From an uncultured Psychrobacter sp. (lineage in GTDB: Bacteria > Pseudomonadota > Gammaproteobacteria > Pseudomonadales > Moraxellaceae): 64,000 bases of DNA. Where the stretch lies: the NCBI RefSeq assembly GCF_947501045.1, contig NZ_CANMUI010000009.1; one strand, given 5' to 3'. The notes under the pieces were generated by a model. The model had not been told where the DNA came from. It ran no database searches and saw nothing but the letters and a program-made list of their open reading frames with translations. Positions within the stretch are counted from its first letter, which is position 1, and every line of letters starts with the position of its first letter. The position numbers and the translations under genes were made by a program. This document shows, piece by piece, positions 62,604-64,000 of this stretch.

Positions 62604-63803
62604 TTATGCTCCGCCCATGTTAAATAACCATAAGGCGATACCGATAATAAGAATGGCAATAAATACCCAAATAAACCAGCCACCGCTAGGTTTTCTCTCG
62701 GTTTGACCGGGATTAGCAGGGTTATCAATAGCTTGATCCATGGCGTTATTACCCTCAGTACCTAAATCTCGCCCTTGACCCAAATTGGCGGTTCCTGAGA
62801 ACTGTGCTGACGCAGCTTGTTTGGCGCGTAGTACATCTGGATCAGCTTCTTCTTGCAGCTCCGTTGTGGTAGTTTTATCATGTTCTGGCGTGACGACTGA
62901 CTCTTGATGAGCGGCTGTCTTTTTCATCAGCGGTTCATCGGTTTTTGGCTCATCAGTTGCCGGCTTTGTTTCTAATGGTTCTGCTTTTAAGGTCTTATCA
63001 GACTTATCGTTTGACATCATTGTCTCCTGTTCTTCTTCTTCAAGTGGTACGGTGTTTTTTAACAATATAGGTTCTACGACTGCGGCAGCGGGGGAGGTAT
63101 TTTCATCCACTGTAGATGCCATTACCTCTTTGATCATTGTTTCTTTGTTTACTGGCTCGTCAGTGTTACTTGCCGTCTCTTGATCGTCAAGCGTTTCTTT
63201 AATAGTAGTTGTTTGGTCAATGGTAGTTGGTTGTGAAGCTTTAGAGGCGGGTTTAGACGTTTCTCTTGCTTCAGTCTCAGAAGTAACGACAGCATCAGCG
63301 GTAACGGCAGCTATATCCTCTTCTACTGACTCATCTGTAGTAGATGTTGGGGTTGCAGTTTTAGTAGCAGAGCCGTCATTAGCTTGCACATTATCCATCT
63401 CTGCGCTTACAGGTGCTAAATCTACTTGATCATTGCTCCTAGATGTCTTGCTCTCTACAGGCATCGCCACCTGAAAAGCAAAACTTGCAAAGCTGACAGT
63501 ATCATCAACATTGAGCAGCTTGGCATCGCTACCTTCAATACGCTGATCATTAATAAAAGTACCGTTTGATGACTCCAAGTCTTTGATATGTAGTTTACCG
63601 TTTAACACGCTAAGCTGAGCGTGATTACGCGATACAGATTTGCTTCCTAGTACCACATCGTTGTCATTGCCACGACCAATGGATAAATTATCACTGACGG
63701 TCAGTGTCAAATCACCAAGCGCTTCTGTCAAAGCATTGAGTTGCCAAGTATTAGACTCTACATCGGTTGTCGCAGCGTTATTTTGCTCTAAATGATTCGC
63801 CAT
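62604..63803 (-). CDS. FHA-domain protein with acidic T/E-rich disordered region and C-terminal TM anchor
   Basis: FHA core GRGNDNDVVLGSKSVSRNHAQL...SSNGTFIN. C-terminal hydrophobic helix WFIWVFIAILIIGIALWLF. Confidence 0.7.
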   Translation of the reverse strand: MANHLEQNNAATTDVESNTWQLNALTEALGDLTLTVSDNLSIGRGNDNDVVLGSKSVSRNHAQLSVLNGKLHIKDLESSNGTFINDQRIEGSDAKLLNVDDTVSFASFAFQVAMPVESKTSRSNDQVDLAPVSAEMDNVQANDGSATKTATPTSTTDESVEEDIAAVTADAVVTSETEARETSKPASKASQPTTIDQTTTIKETLDDQETASNTDEPVNKETMIKEVMASTVDENTSPAAAVVEPILLKNTVPLEEEEQETMMSNDKSDKTLKAEPLETKPATDEPKTDEPLMKKTAAHQESVVTPEHDKTTTTELQEEADPDVLRAKQAASAQFSGTANLGQGRDLGTEGNNAMDQAIDNPANPGQTERKPSGGWFIWVFIAILIIGIALWLFNMGGA

Positions 63804-64000
63804 ATCGTTACTCCTTTTTATTAAATATTTTATAGGTTCTTTTATTGTATCGATCTAATTATGTTATAAACGACTAACCTGTTATATAAACTATCATATT
63901 AATATTTTACTTTAAAATAGTGGGCATAAAACGCGCTTTGATAACTCCTATTAGCTTACTATAAGGAATACTGAGCACTGGCATGCCATAAGCATACGGG

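Noticed and set aside
63220-63429. 69-aa + strand ORF
   Set aside because: It is antisense within the FHA-protein gene's T/E-rich low-complexity region.

Overview
This is a 64-kb chromosomal segment from a low-GC gammaproteobacterium. tuf/tRNA operon structure, lipA-lif lipase pair, and separate trpE are compatible with Moraxellaceae (Psychrobacter/Acinetobacter-like), but that assignment is a guess. Most of the window is core housekeeping: cobB-like Sir2, add, lemA-TPM, metH, map-glnD-dapC, dacB, rlmH, ftsK, trxB-aat, rimI-like GNAT, a tRNA(Thr-Tyr-Gly-Gly-Thr)-tuf operon, and trpE. Accessory content includes tandem AGCS amino-acid symporter paralogs, tandem fasciclin lipoproteins, a lipase/foldase operon, and one clearly unusual patch at 17.3-31 kb. 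That patch has three parts. (i) A strongly AT-rich (~28% GC against ~45-50% in neighbours) single gene encoding a PHP-domain phosphoesterase fused to an SMC/Rad50-like ABC ATPase, which looks like a Ppl/TrlF-like anti-phage protein. (ii) A short array of ~64-bp imperfect palindromic repeats (R1-R3) and ~43-bp direct repeats (S1-S2) interleaved with a DUF2256-type zinc-ribbon micro-gene and a diverged second copy. (iii) A 2091-aa coiled-coil protein with an internal MoxR/dynein-type AAA+ domain lying directly downstream of an NfeD-like (yqiJ) and flotillin (yqiK) gene pair. Three perfect copies (and one imperfect) of a 17-bp dyad, GGTGC-N7-GCACC, sit in the upstream regions within (ii) and (iii). 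No transposase, integrase, CRISPR array or prophage genes were seen.
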